A stretch of 62,848 nucleotides of DNA, the filler included, from Choristocarpus tenellus KU-1152 (Eukaryota > Protista > Phaeophyceae), in assembly GCA_964200185.2 (NCBI GenBank). It is 12 parts of 12 records of this genome, joined end to end, with 100 filler letters (N's around TTAATTAATTAA, not from the genome) between each part and the next. Parts side by side here need not be neighbours in the genome. Positions count along the whole stretch, not along the records: positions 1 to 2,892 come from CAXNAD020023865.1; positions 2,993 to 5,713 come from CAXNAD020025318.1; positions 5,814 to 11,352 come from CAXNAD020010474.1; positions 11,453 to 14,115 come from CAXNAD020025842.1; 8 more parts are not named here. One strand, 5' to 3'. The first letter of the stretch is position 1, and each line of letters begins with the position of its first letter. The position numbers and the translations under genes were made by a program. Below the pieces are notes generated by a model. That model ran no database searches. It was not told the DNA's origin and was given only the letters and a program-made list of their open reading frames with translations. This document shows, piece after piece, positions 1-11,654 of the stretch.

Positions 1-583
1 GGCTGCCCTCTCTTCTGATCATTTTTCCCACTCTCTTGTTGCTCCAACAACACCGAACCCTGCCCTCCCCCTCCCACCCCCCCTCCCCCTCCCACCCCCC
101 CTCCCCCAGTCCATTTTGCCTCCACCTCCATTGCTGGCAGCTCCACCCCAGTAACATCTTGACTCTTGTTAGCGATCCTGCACGCCAACTTACCAAGCTG
201 GCAAACCTTGGTGGGAGCATCTAGGTCGGGTTCGGGTTCAATGATGTGCAACTTCCTATCAGTCGATACGGTTGTTGCTGATGGAACCCTAGTCTCCCCT
301 TGAAATGGAGCAGAAACAGAAGAGTCGCTGCAATTGGATTCCTCTGCTGTTGCCTGGGTTAGAATATCAGACAAAGGGTTTATAGGGGTTAGGGTAAGCG
401 TTTGAGGGGAAGGGGGGGAAGATGGTCTTGGGGGAGTTTCAGGGAAGTTCATCAGTCAGAATGGATTGAGTCGTGTACATATCAGACAGTATTTTAATCT
501 AATAGTCTTTTTGTTCTTGTTCTGTTAAGCGAGAGTTTGAAATGTGCAACTAATGGTAAATATAGTAATGACATTACATATCC

Positions 584-631
584 AAGAGAAATCTCAGATC
601 AAGAGAGATCTCAGATCAAGAGAAATCTCAG
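584..631 (+). repeat. 17-bp tandem repeat x~3 (AAGAGAAATCTCAGATC)
   Basis: Directly visible. Confidence 0.85.
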
Positions 632-1644
632 AGCAATGGTGTTTATGTGTGCATGTGTGTGTGTGTGTATGGTGAATGCATCTGACAGAATTCCCCTCAG
701 CAGGGATTTCTTCATTTACCAACAACTGGAAGATTGCCATGTGGGTAACACAAATCACTCACCGGAATGATCACAGGTCCCATGTCAGTGGAGTCATTTG
801 CGTGGACCTCAACAAACTGTTCAAGAGCTGTGAAGACCTTGAGGAGGTACCTGGTACTAATGGAGATGTCCTAATGGAACAGTACAGACAGATTCATCAG
901 TGCGGAACCTGGAAGGGGGGGGGAATAGAAGAAGTAGGATCTAGGGGCAGGGGAACGTGAAGGAAGAGGGATAAGAGGTAATGTAATAATAGTATTATTT
1001 TATGAGGTACAGTATGGAGTCATCCCAGAAGGGAATACAGGAAGATACATATATGTTTAGAGGTGGGATCAATGCAGAGGTACATTGTTTGGGGAGTAAA
1101 ATGCAAAAAGAAATAGGACCAGGCTGTCGCAATCATACCCTGATGTAAAGAGAGAGAGGTGCATCCAAACAAAACAAGAAAAATATAAAAACTACAATCA
1201 AACGTTTCTGCTATCCTAAATCTGCACCTTGAATTTGTGCATGTTCCTGGGGGAGGGGGGGAGGGAAGTAATGTTGCACAAGAACTGAATTATATGCCTA
1301 GAGCAAATTTAAAATATCATTTCCTGTGACAAAATGTTTCATTGGCCCTATAGCGCTCTGGAACATCAACTCTTTCGTTGAATATATTTCGTTGCTCCCA
1401 CATCAGTTGGTCTGGCTGTCAACATGTTTACACCGGGCCCCAATCTCCTCACAACAACAACAACAAAAAAGACCTAATCAATAAGAAGTGTTATCTTTTT
1501 CTCATAGTCTGCAGATATGATGAGATACACCAACAAAAGTAGGTATTACATTAAAAATATTTTGCACAAGATGTAAATACATTATGTATTAATACATGCG
1601 TAACATCATAAGAATGAAAAATAAAAAAGTAGAAATAATGACTA

Positions 1645-1651
1645 TAATAAT

Positions 1652-1684
<33 letters not shown>
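1645..1684 (+). repeat. (AAT)n microsatellite
   Basis: Directly visible; abuts MITE-A copy 1. Confidence 0.9.
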
Positions 1685-1688
<4 letters not shown>

Positions 1689-1955
1689 GAAAGTATCTTA
1701 GAGGGTACGAGTTTTGCCCTGCTTGTCCATATGGAGCTTGGCTTCCCACAGGTTTTTTTTTATGACATTTAACTACTCCAAAACATTTCAGAGGAGGTAA
1801 AATGTGTAACTTATGAAAAGATGCGTCTGGAATAAGGATATTGAGACTCCCTAACAAACACGATAGTCAAAATTACATCAAAATCGCAACATTGGATTTT
1901 GGCCCCCAAACGGACGTGGCTGTACCCTAACCCTAACCCTAAGATTCTTTGACTC
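1685..1955 (-). mobile_element. MITE family A, copy 1 (non-autonomous TIR element)
   Basis: Reverse-complement homologue of 58887-59146 along its whole length. Termini GAGTGAAAGTATCTTAGAGGGTA ... CTAAGATTCTTTGACTC. Confidence 0.85.
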
Positions 1956-2892
1956 AATACCTGAGATTATTTCATAGTGCAGGAAAGATTTTTCGACATA
2001 CATATCTCTACAACTAATAGTACATACATAAATATTTCTTATTTTTATGCTTTTGTGCTTGTATGCTGCAAATTGTGTTCAGAGCAATAGTACGCCTATA
2101 CATGGTGTTATGTATCAAATACTAAATTGTGAGGGGATTGGTCCATGGAATGGTTCCAACATAACAATTTCTGACTCAGCTGGTTCAGAGCTGTCACCGA
2201 TTCTAATAGGGTCAATCACAGGCTGGCCCAAAGCCCTTGGCCAAAGAAACGATCTAAAAAATATTGGAACAAGGCCAAAATGGTCAAGAGTCCTAACACA
2301 TTAACTACTGTAACATTGCGAATTGGGTGGTGAATACCTATAAGAAAAGTCTATAGTCACATATATTTGGGGCATTTTGGGGTTCAACCCAGCAATTGTA
2401 AAATGGTTCTAGTCATGTAGTGCCCGCTAAAACATTTCTGATAGAGCCAGTCCAGGGCCATTAGATATTCTAACAGGGTTGATCCATGGACCGGTACATG
2501 GCCCCAGCCCAGAGCCTGGTCCAGTTGACTCCCCAGCCCAGCGAAAAAGTCCTGCTGCAATTGACTCAAAAACTCATCTTACTACTTTTTATATATTCTG
2601 TGCAATTCTTAAATGATGTACACTATTGCCTGAAGTATTCCATTCTATTCTTGAATACTCTACAACAATATTTACTAAGTAATCTATACTAGTACTATTT
2701 TCAACTAATTTCCAATGTTGTAATCGAATATATAGTATGGTTGAAGAGGTAGTAGGGGGGGGTGGAATCCACCTTGCCAGGAAGTTGAGCCCCTGCCAAC
2801 GGATTAGGGTTGCCCCAAACCACTCCCACTGAAGGCGCCTGCTGATTCTGCAACAAGAAGGCATTCATGTGGGAAGAAATGAAATAATTACA

Positions 2893-2992
2893 NNNNNNNN
2901 NNNNNNNNNNNNNNNNNNNNNNNNNNNNNNNNNNNNTTAATTAATTAANNNNNNNNNNNNNNNNNNNNNNNNNNNNNNNNNNNNNNNNNNNN
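2893..2992. other. Artificial contig linker (N44-TTAATTAATTAA-N44); identical linkers at 5714-5813, 11353-11452, 14116-14215, 19265-19364, 21968-22067, 26349-26448, 34162-34261, 43772-43871, 47616-47715, 51288-51387
   Basis: Eleven identical 100-bp blocks; the 12-mer puts stop codons in all six frames, typical of pseudomolecule concatenation. Confidence 0.98.
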
Positions 2993-3885
2993 GTGCGGCT
3001 CAAAGTATCTGGGGGAGGGTTGCAAAGGATAGGATAGGGGGAATAGATTGAGGTTAAATACCTGAGATAGGACAACATCATCAAACAAAAAAAAATTATT
3101 ATTGGAAGTGGAACTAATGTGTCCTAACAACGAAACAAATGAGATCACGGAAATGTGCCAGTAGCTCATGGTGGGGGCTAGATGGATACAATCATAACAT
3201 CAACAACTGAACCAACAAATCTACTGACAATTGACGGCTTGAAGATGGGAGGAAAGCAAAAAAATATGCGGCAGTTTCAATGACTGGAGGATATGATGAC
3301 AAGGGGAACACAGGTTGTGTATGGAAATAAACAAAAGCCATCAATGGTTCCACTGCTTCAGTCCTCATATCAAACCAACCACCTGTTCTTGTCACAGCAG
3401 CAATTTCCTGATCTGCAAAGCTTTCTGCAACGTTTAGAAAGCAAAAATTTCTTAGACTGATAAAAGGGGTGCTGTCACAAGCTCTGAGAACCTTTGTCCA
3501 GTTTCACAAACTGTACCATATCATCTTCTTTGTTCACCTGTACATATCACTTATTAGACCAACCAGAGGTTGTTCCAGTGGCCTAAAACTGAAAATGCAA
3601 GAAAAGAGGACAAAAGGTGATCACTGATACACTATTGCATGATCTTCTCCAAGAGTTTGAAAAAAGGGGGGCAACCTCCTTCCACTCTCGATTACAAACA
3701 CAAGCATATATTTTGTTTCCTGCGACTGAGTTTGTTCAACAACGTCAACTACAGACTCGTGTCAAGATTGAGGATGTGGGAGATACTGCTCATCTCAGCA
3801 GGTAAGGTGGGACAGGGGGGGGGCATGAGATAGGAGAGCAGTTGGGTATGATGCTTAGACGATAGTTGCGACCAACCGACTCACG

Positions 3886-5650
3886 ATTTGACTCCCTCCA
3901 ACACATGCTCTGTATTTCCTGCGTCGCCCAACGACTCAGGTCGAGTCTCGTCCGTCCTGCGCTCGTACACGCTTCGCAGGCGGGCCACGAACTTCCCCTT
4001 GTCCTCCTTGTACAAAATCAATGCCGCAGCATTTTCGATGGGGAGGGGGAAGGAAGCCAAGGCCACAAAGGCAACATTCGAGCAACTTAACAGCGCATTG
4101 CAACTAGGGTAAAATACAATAGATATGAACCAAGCAACATGTCGTGGTTATCTTCGGCAATAAAAAAATAACAGTCTGTTCTATCTTCTCGATTTTGAAA
4201 ATGTACACACCTTACTTCGCTGTCAGAATGCCAAATTCGCTCTTATCTCTAGCCAAAAATAATATTTGGTAACCACCTCGTACTACGCTTCACCATATCC
4301 ACAGTTCAACCATGAGCACGACATTGGCTTGATTATGATATGATGAGGGGGGTATTGCCCTTGACACGCTTGTAACACAACAGTAGATGCTAGCAAATAT
4401 CTGTCGGAAAAAACAATACTGGTCCTGTGGATGTCATTTGAATCAAAACAGGTCTATCCATGATCCCTACCAGATGATCCTGGACGAAACCACTACTACC
4501 GATGATAAAACGACCTAATTGAGATGTGCAGGTTACATAGATTCCACCACGGAATCGTCCCAGAGAGCACAGTTGCCCCATGGTCACCATATCGAAGGGT
4601 GAAAAGAGTGCCAGAGGTTTCGAATAAATGCGTAATACTGACCAGTAACGCCACACCATACTGCACAATTCCCGAGATAAGATAGCTTCGTTCCATCTTT
4701 ACCGCACCGATTAGTCTTCTTTCAACACAATCATTCCTCAAGCGCGAGCAAAGCACAAGTCGCGTTATGAAGGCCTACAAGATGTGGTTGTTGAAAGTGT
4801 GTCCAACTTTCTTCCAACCTAATACTGTTCTGCCTCGACCTCACCTTCGGCAGGGAAGCCGCAGACCCCATCCTCTCGGCCCTCTCTTCACGGACTTTCT
4901 TCTCGTTTATCAGCGACAATCAAGTGTGTTAAGGATGTGCCTATCTTCCTCTCATTGTACCTACAACATTACGTTTCTTCTTGTCTTGCATGTAAATTGA
5001 CTCCTTTTTCCAATATTTGAGACCTGAAAATGGGATAGGGGACATTTCGGCGTAATATATCCAACATGTTTTTGTAAGTTTGACAGAGGTAGACAACGCG
5101 TTAGTAGTAGTAATAATAATTAACACTTCATAACAACAGATGATGAGTTTCAATTCCATTTTTACCTTGATCATTTTTTATTCTTGATACTACTACTACT
5201 ACTACTACTATGGTTGTTGTTGATGATGATTTCTTGTCATCAAGTAGAATTCTTCTGCACATACCTCATTATGGTGCTCTTTCTCGAAATTCGTACCAAA
5301 ATCGCCTTTGATCGCTGATCGAAACCATATACATGTTCATCGCACGAAATATAGTTTTGATGGACATGTGGAGGTAAGTCCAATCAGGAAAGTGAACCTC
5401 TGCATTGATTATGTTGTTTGTCGCACATTAACAAAGAATAATCACGACTCATGGTCAGAGGCACTACACACTGCACTGCTTCCCATATTAACTACTAACT
5501 ACTGTTGCATCACAACAAAATGCAATGCCTCCGTTCATCCCTTGCTTCTCGCGCGTCACGTTGCGCACTCCCACCACTCGTCACTCTATCTCCTACCTCG
5601 ATTCTTCTTTGAATCCATTCTGAAGTTTTTCCACCTTAATCTTGGTCTGA
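3886..5650 (-). CDS. Fragment of a multi-exon gene of unknown function (approximate extent)
   Basis: Several short open segments bounded by AG/GT on the minus strand, e.g. ~4104-3886 (CNALLSCSNVAFVALASFPLPIENAAALILYKEDKGKFVARLR...|GTGAGT), ~4920-4845 (LINEKKVREERAERMGSAASLPK|GTGAGG), ~5646-5597. No recognisable domain. Confidence 0.4.
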
Positions 5651-6511
5651 ACAGGGGATGCTCAAAATGGGGGATGGCCCCGGACTATGAGGATGGTTGT
5701 TTTGCGAAAACGGNNNNNNNNNNNNNNNNNNNNNNNNNNNNNNNNNNNNNNNNNNNNTTAATTAATTAANNNNNNNNNNNNNNNNNNNNNNNNNNNNNNN
5801 NNNNNNNNNNNNNTTGCGATTGTATTTCCTGCGGGTTTGGTCCAGACAGGGAGGGGGGTGGTAAAGGAAGGTGCCTCCAGATGAAGGTACTTGCCCTTAT
5901 ATCTGACATGTTCACTCAAATGGCATGAAAATCACTACAGGGTGACAAAGGGCCTGAATGGACGCCTCACCTGCCCACTAGGATATTATGGGTCAAACAG
6001 GTGCATGCTCAAAGTAACTGTCAGTGTCTTATCATGACGTTTCTAGTCTACTTATACTTCAAGAACCACTTCAAGGCTAGTTAACAGCAAAAGTTGTACC
6101 CTCTCCTGTCCCACATCCTCACTCCGCTTCAGCTGGGGTTCCTACTCTGTGTCAATTCCGGAATTTTCAAAAAAAAATAAGATACAGCTGCACAAAAGAG
6201 GCTCTTGGTGTGGTGTGATGGAATGTCCTCATCATCTGCAGAGAGGGTAATAAATATTTGTTCTAGATTGATTGTATATGAAATACTATCATCCAAAGAG
6301 GTGGTATGGGCTACAGAACTATATCAGAGTGAAGCAAACACTAGAGACAAGTTCTATGACCAACTCTGTGCCAATGCTGAGAACTTTGGGGGCAATGCGA
6401 GATATTGAGAGAGACTCGTGACTGGTGAAATTGCTCTGGAATCAATAAATAAAATGGAGTCAGCACGAGATTATTGGTACACTCCAGTGTACAGGTAGGG
6501 TCAGGTCAGGG

Positions 6512-6529
6512 TTAGGGTTAGGGTTAGGG
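6512..6529 (+). repeat. Interstitial telomere-type (TTAGGG)3
   Basis: Directly visible; similar short arrays at ~1925-1942, ~21391-21432 (CCCTACA variant), ~29360-29373 and ~47969-47988. Confidence 0.85.
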
Positions 6530-7991
6530 CTTGAACTGCCTCCAGCGTGTTGAAAGGGTAGATCCTCCTCACCATCACCGTATGTACTGTTGTCATCTTC
6601 ATTGCTGTAGTCCTCATGCTGCCTCTCAACAGCAGTCCCTTCAACGGAGGCTGGTGTTTTCCCCTCTCCATTTGTTGTCTACACCGGTTTCAACTCGATA
6701 CGATGATGTTATTGATGTTGATACAAAGCACATTTTGATTGAGGATTCATGTTTTTTTGGTATTCAAGCTTTACTGGAAGGGTGTTTGTTGATGCAGCAG
6801 TGGTCTCATTATAGTTTTCCCCCCCATATATAGGTCATGCTCCTGGAGGATACCCTTTTCTAGTGCTTGCCTGTGACATGATATACTACACAAACATCTT
6901 TAGTCTGAATTTTGAACTAATTTTGAGACGCAAGTTGCTGAACTTGCCTATATAGTCCACCATCAAAAACAGTATTCTTCATGCTGTACAGAGTGTATGC
7001 ACCCTAGAAAGAGCTGTGAAGAAATATTGACACTAGTGCATATATATTTTAGGTTTATCTTTTAAAACAATGTTAAATCCGGCGGTAGAGCCATGAATGA
7101 TTTCCGAGAGGTATCGATGCGACTAGCGAATGTGAAGGTAACCGTTTCAATTGCAAAAAGACACAGACACAGATACATACACACACTTGTGCTAAACCAA
7201 TATTTCTATATCGTGAAGTGAAGTAGATTGATGCTGAAGGGTCTATGAGGTGATGATTTGGCATGAACACACTGCTTGAAATGTACATACACCTTAATGT
7301 AAATAATTTGAAGTGTTGAAACAAGTAGTTTCTTTCCTGATATAGATACAGTAGTTAGTAGAGATCTGGGCTGGTGTACAGTGGGTGCAGATTTGGGAAG
7401 ATATATTGAGAACATTCCTCGGGAGTGTATTGAAGAAACTCCCTATCGAACACTATACCTGTTCCTTTCACTTTTCTAATGGAGCTGATGCTGACATTGT
7501 GAATGTAGCACACATTGTCCAGTAAGTCTTGGAGTAGAGAGCACATATACAGGGACAATGTAGGTCTACCTTTTAAACTGAAGTAGATATATGCAGATGA
7601 GTCCGAGGCTGTCAATATTGCCGACAGTGACAACACCATCTGGAGTACAACAGCTCCTAACCTAGCCGCTATCAACGTGGGTGCTTACATTTGGGTCGGC
7701 TCCACTTGCAAGAAGTATATTTACACACTCATCTGCCCTACTTCGATATGCCCAGTGCAGCGGTGTGTCGCCAAACTCCTGCGATTGAGAGCAGCATGGG
7801 ATTGGTTCCTCAGGGCGTGTTCTAAGCATGAACTACGCAGTCAGTGGATCTGGAATGCCAGACTCTGTAACTACATTATCAATATGCGCAATTGGTTTGA
7901 TTGTCCACCAACCAACCTACAGGTCCGATTGATTCCTCACAATCAAGTGGATTACTTCCTGTTACTTCCTGTTACTTCTTGACGTGCGTAC

Positions 7992-8198
7992 CTCCTTCTT
8001 CCTGAGGTCAGCACCACCGTCAACAAGTATCTGGGTCATCCGGGGTTGGTTGTTTCGAACGGCAACATGGAGAGGAGTAAAACCATCATTACGTTGGGCA
8101 TTCACATCCGCCCCTCCCCCGATAAGTTCCTTTGCAACTTCATCGTGTGTCCAGAAAGCTGCATGGAAGAGGGGAGTGGCCCCATCCTCGTCCCTAAC
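7992..8198 (-). CDS. Internal exon of an ankyrin-repeat protein (2 ANK repeats)
   Basis: DEDGATPLFHAA...GGADVNAQRNDGFTPLHVAVRNNQPRMTQILVDGGAD matches the ankyrin consensus. 207-bp phase-0 exon bounded by AATCAG| and |GTACGC. Confidence 0.85.
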
Positions 8199-9571
8199 CT
8201 GATTCCGCAACCCCAGAGGTCAACAATACACCCCCCGCCACCGTGGGAAATAGTAGTGGAAACAGAGACAAGTAGTGGGATAGAAAGTAGGAACTATAAA
8301 TGTGAGGCCAAACATTCTTCCATCTTTCCTCGTGCTGAGAAGGCAAGAACTGAACTATAATACACTGCGTCTGTTATGTCTTATTTTGCGAGTCGTGCCC
8401 AATAGTTTTACCACCAAAATCATAAAGGCAAACCTGGGGGTTGTCTTGGAAACACTAGACCTTGTACAAGTATGGTGTGGTTATTTTGTTGATGCCAGAC
8501 ATACTAAAAAATGTAGTGCTTAACGAAATGCTCAAGGAGGTAGTTAAAATCAACCTCTAAATCCTTTTTGGAGCAGTGAGATCTTGACATCGAGTTAGAT
8601 ATATCCTGACCTACCAGACCTTCATACCTCGAGATCTCCTCCGGCGGATATGTAATTTTTGACATCACCACAGTCTCCAACCATAACCTAGGGATGTTGG
8701 TTCAGAGGAGTTCGAAGATGAGGCGAAGCGATTGAGAATCATGACTTAAGGTATTGTGCAATCACAAAAGACTCGCTGAGAAGCAATGTAGTTTGCGTTG
8801 GAAAGCTTGGTTTTAGAATTTACTATTAATGTACACTTGGGGAGGCTATTACTTTTAAGGACCGATATTAATAGTTTACGAGAGTCAAATCGTGGAAATA
8901 AATGATGAAAAGTCTACCCAATTCATGGACTTACCGCTACTTGGATATCTATGTTAGCCATTCTAGGCAAATCAAGTATTACTTGACCAACTGAAGATTT
9001 GAAATATCGCTTCGAAGGACCCTTGTTCTTGGTTCATCAAAGCTCGATCATGGAACCATGGAGTGATTTTCTTTGGTTTTGTCTTGTTCCTTTTTGAACC
9101 GAAACGTCAAGACAAAAAAGTGAGTGACACGCGATGTCTTCACGCGCGGGCTAAACACGCGTCAAAGATAAGAGTTGAGAGACAGGCTAATATGGAAAAC
9201 AGAAACTCCATCTCTGACAAGAGCGGTTGACCAGAACCCCAGTCAAGTGCGACGGGAGGATAATGATTGGCAGGGTAAATATAAAGAGGCTGTGGCCTAA
9301 ACAGAGGCAACTGCAACATCTATGGCACATGGTCTCGACCACCAGTCTCATCACTCTGGTTTTGATACTGCTGACTTCAACCCAAACCACTTCTTCAGGT
9401 GAGGGAGTTGGGGAGAGGTGATTGAAAGAGGTAGGGATCTCAATTTTGTTTCAGTTGAAATTTTTACGGACTGAGGCCGGTGCAGAAGAAGGTGGTGGGC
9501 ATGACCTTCGCGTTTCGCCTTCGTTGAACTTTAAGGGATTGATCCCCCGAATCCAGAAGTTGTAATGGTAG

Positions 9572-10237
9572 GATGCTCGCTCGACAACGTTTTGAGAGAG
9601 GTCAGGGGAGTGAAGTGTTACTCATCCTTTTTTTAACTCCTAAGTTTTACTGCATTGTCAACTCTTTTGTGCCTAAAATGCCGTCATCCCTCTATCATGT
9701 ACACTACTCTTTTTTTGATTGAACCAGGGAAGGCAGGCAAATCAACCTCTCGGAAGACCCATCATTCAGGGATCAAGGGGCATGGTGAGAGGCTACGCTA
9801 CAATATACTACTGACCGTTGTGTCTTGTTTGGTGATTGGAAAACCGACTCCCTCACCCCTCATTAGAGTTACAAGTCTTGCCGGACATGTTGACACGATG
9901 TGTTGGATGCTGTTGAGGTTGTTAGCTCACTCCTCTGTTCACACAATATTTCCCGAACTCTTCCTTCTCAACCGCAGTGACCTCGGAAGGAATCCGGGAT
10001 GCAGTCAAGGGTGCCCATGCCCAGGGGAAGTCGCATGCCACTCATGGTGAGTGGGCACATGCCCCTTCGTTCAAGGAGACTGCCGAGGATGGGGGCGATG
10101 GGGCGTTAGACGACTGGGGACTGGGTGATGAGGATGACGTTTATCTGGAAAGTAATGTCGAGTGGGAGAGTGAGAGCGAAGAGGGCGACGAGAGCGAGGA
10201 TGTCTTTCCGTCGAGAGGTGTGCCTCACAAAGGGGAG
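9572..10237 (+). CDS. Putative 5' exons of an unknown gene with an acidic tract
   Basis: A spliceable path exists: MLARQRFER(|GTCAGG), ~9729-9784 (KAGKSTSRKTHHSGIKGH|GTGAGA), 9978-10237 (TSEGIRDAV...DEDDVYLESNVEWESESEEGDESED...KGE|GTGAGG). No homology recognised. Confidence 0.35.
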
Positions 10238-11480
10238 GTGAGGGGTAGTCTGGTGTTGTTGGCAACTCCAAATCCTACATTTTATTGCTCTAGGGGGAGG
10301 GAAGGGTGGGGGTCAAGGCGTTTTGACAGAGAGATCCTGTTCAGGATAGGAGTTGTTTCTCTGGCAGTCAGAGAGCTTTTAAATTGTATGACCAGTTGCT
10401 TTTCGATAGCTCTTTATAAATTTAGAAATGACAAAGAGTGGTGCAGGCTGATTGATTCCTTGTTGTGTTAATAGTGTGACCTCCTATTTTACGGTCTTGT
10501 GTGTTTCCTTCCCAACATCTTTAATCTGGGTGAGAACTATAACCAGGTATTCATGACGGCCATTCTGACCTCTATCCATTCTGACCTCTATCCATGGAGT
10601 CGCATTGAACGCTGATTGCTTCCACAGCAGAGGTTGAGAAAACAGTGATTTGTTTTTGTCCCAAGCAGAGGTTGAGATTGATTCATATCATCAAAGTCCT
10701 GTGCACTAATGAAAATCAAGAATGGCAAATACACTACGGTGATTCACATGCATGAGACAATTCATGTCTCCTCTCCCTGGAAGGTGTTTTCGTAACTTTA
10801 CTGCAGATAAGAGTCAGTAGCGATAACTTTCAATGGAGTGGCACACAATTCTTGAGCGAGCAATGTACCCCACCCACTGAAAAATTTTCCTTCTATCCAT
10901 TTTTTTGGTAAAAGCAAGGACAGTTTAGAGTCACTACTGCCCCTTTGAAGTTAACACCGTTTTGTCTGCCTGGAACAAACTCACCACATGTGCTAGAGGG
11001 CATGGTCTAGCGGACTCCTTACGGCTATCACCGCATCATAAAATGAACTAACAATGGTCACTCTCTCCCCAGATTCGGTTGGATGTAGTTGAGAACCAAT
11101 AAGGTGTAGCATTATTGATTGTGGGCTCCACATAGTGTGCTAGGGTGATGATTTATTGTAGTTACGATCGCAAAGTTAGTGGGTATCTTTGTTGTCAACA
11201 TTTTTTGTTTGTTTTCGTTTTTTCAATTAAAAAAAATGTTCTACACTTTTTTCAATGTTGATTTTTGTATTTAGTGAATTTTGTCAACTCGTTTCTAAGA
11301 GAAAATTTGTGGAAGAAGTTTAAAAATACATAATACTCTTGGGGGGGGGGGGNNNNNNNNNNNNNNNNNNNNNNNNNNNNNNNNNNNNNNNNNNNNTTAA
11401 TTAATTAANNNNNNNNNNNNNNNNNNNNNNNNNNNNNNNNNNNNNNNNNNNNGCCTTGCCTTTCCCATTTTCATACCTGG

Positions 11481-11654
11481 GGGTCAAAGTATCTGGGGGG
11501 GGGGGGGGTCTACAGCAGGGTGTCCATTTGGGTCAAAATCAGGAAAAGTGCACTTACATCATCCACCAACGTATGCAACCGAATCACCCAAAAATCGCAA
11601 CATAAAAAAATTGGCCCCAAATGGACAGCCGCCACCCCCCCCCCACTTTGAGCC
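11481..11654 (+). mobile_element. MITE family B (poly-G/poly-C TIRs), complete copy
   Basis: GGGTCAAAGTATCT-G-run ... C-run-ACTTTGAGCC. Internal sequence matches 34262-34417 and 19219-19264. Confidence 0.85.

Noticed and set aside
190-910. Possible minus-strand exons (~194-354, ~764-870)
   Set aside because: Splice-like boundaries present but no recognisable homology; insufficient support.
2937-2948. Recurring palindrome TTAATTAATTAA as a biological motif
   Set aside because: Always centred in identical N-runs; an assembly linker.
7400-7620. Possible Harbinger transposase trace (VPFTFLMEL...LPFKLK); a similar hint near 3400-3530 (minus)
   Set aside because: Too degenerate; no catalytic motifs or TIRs found.
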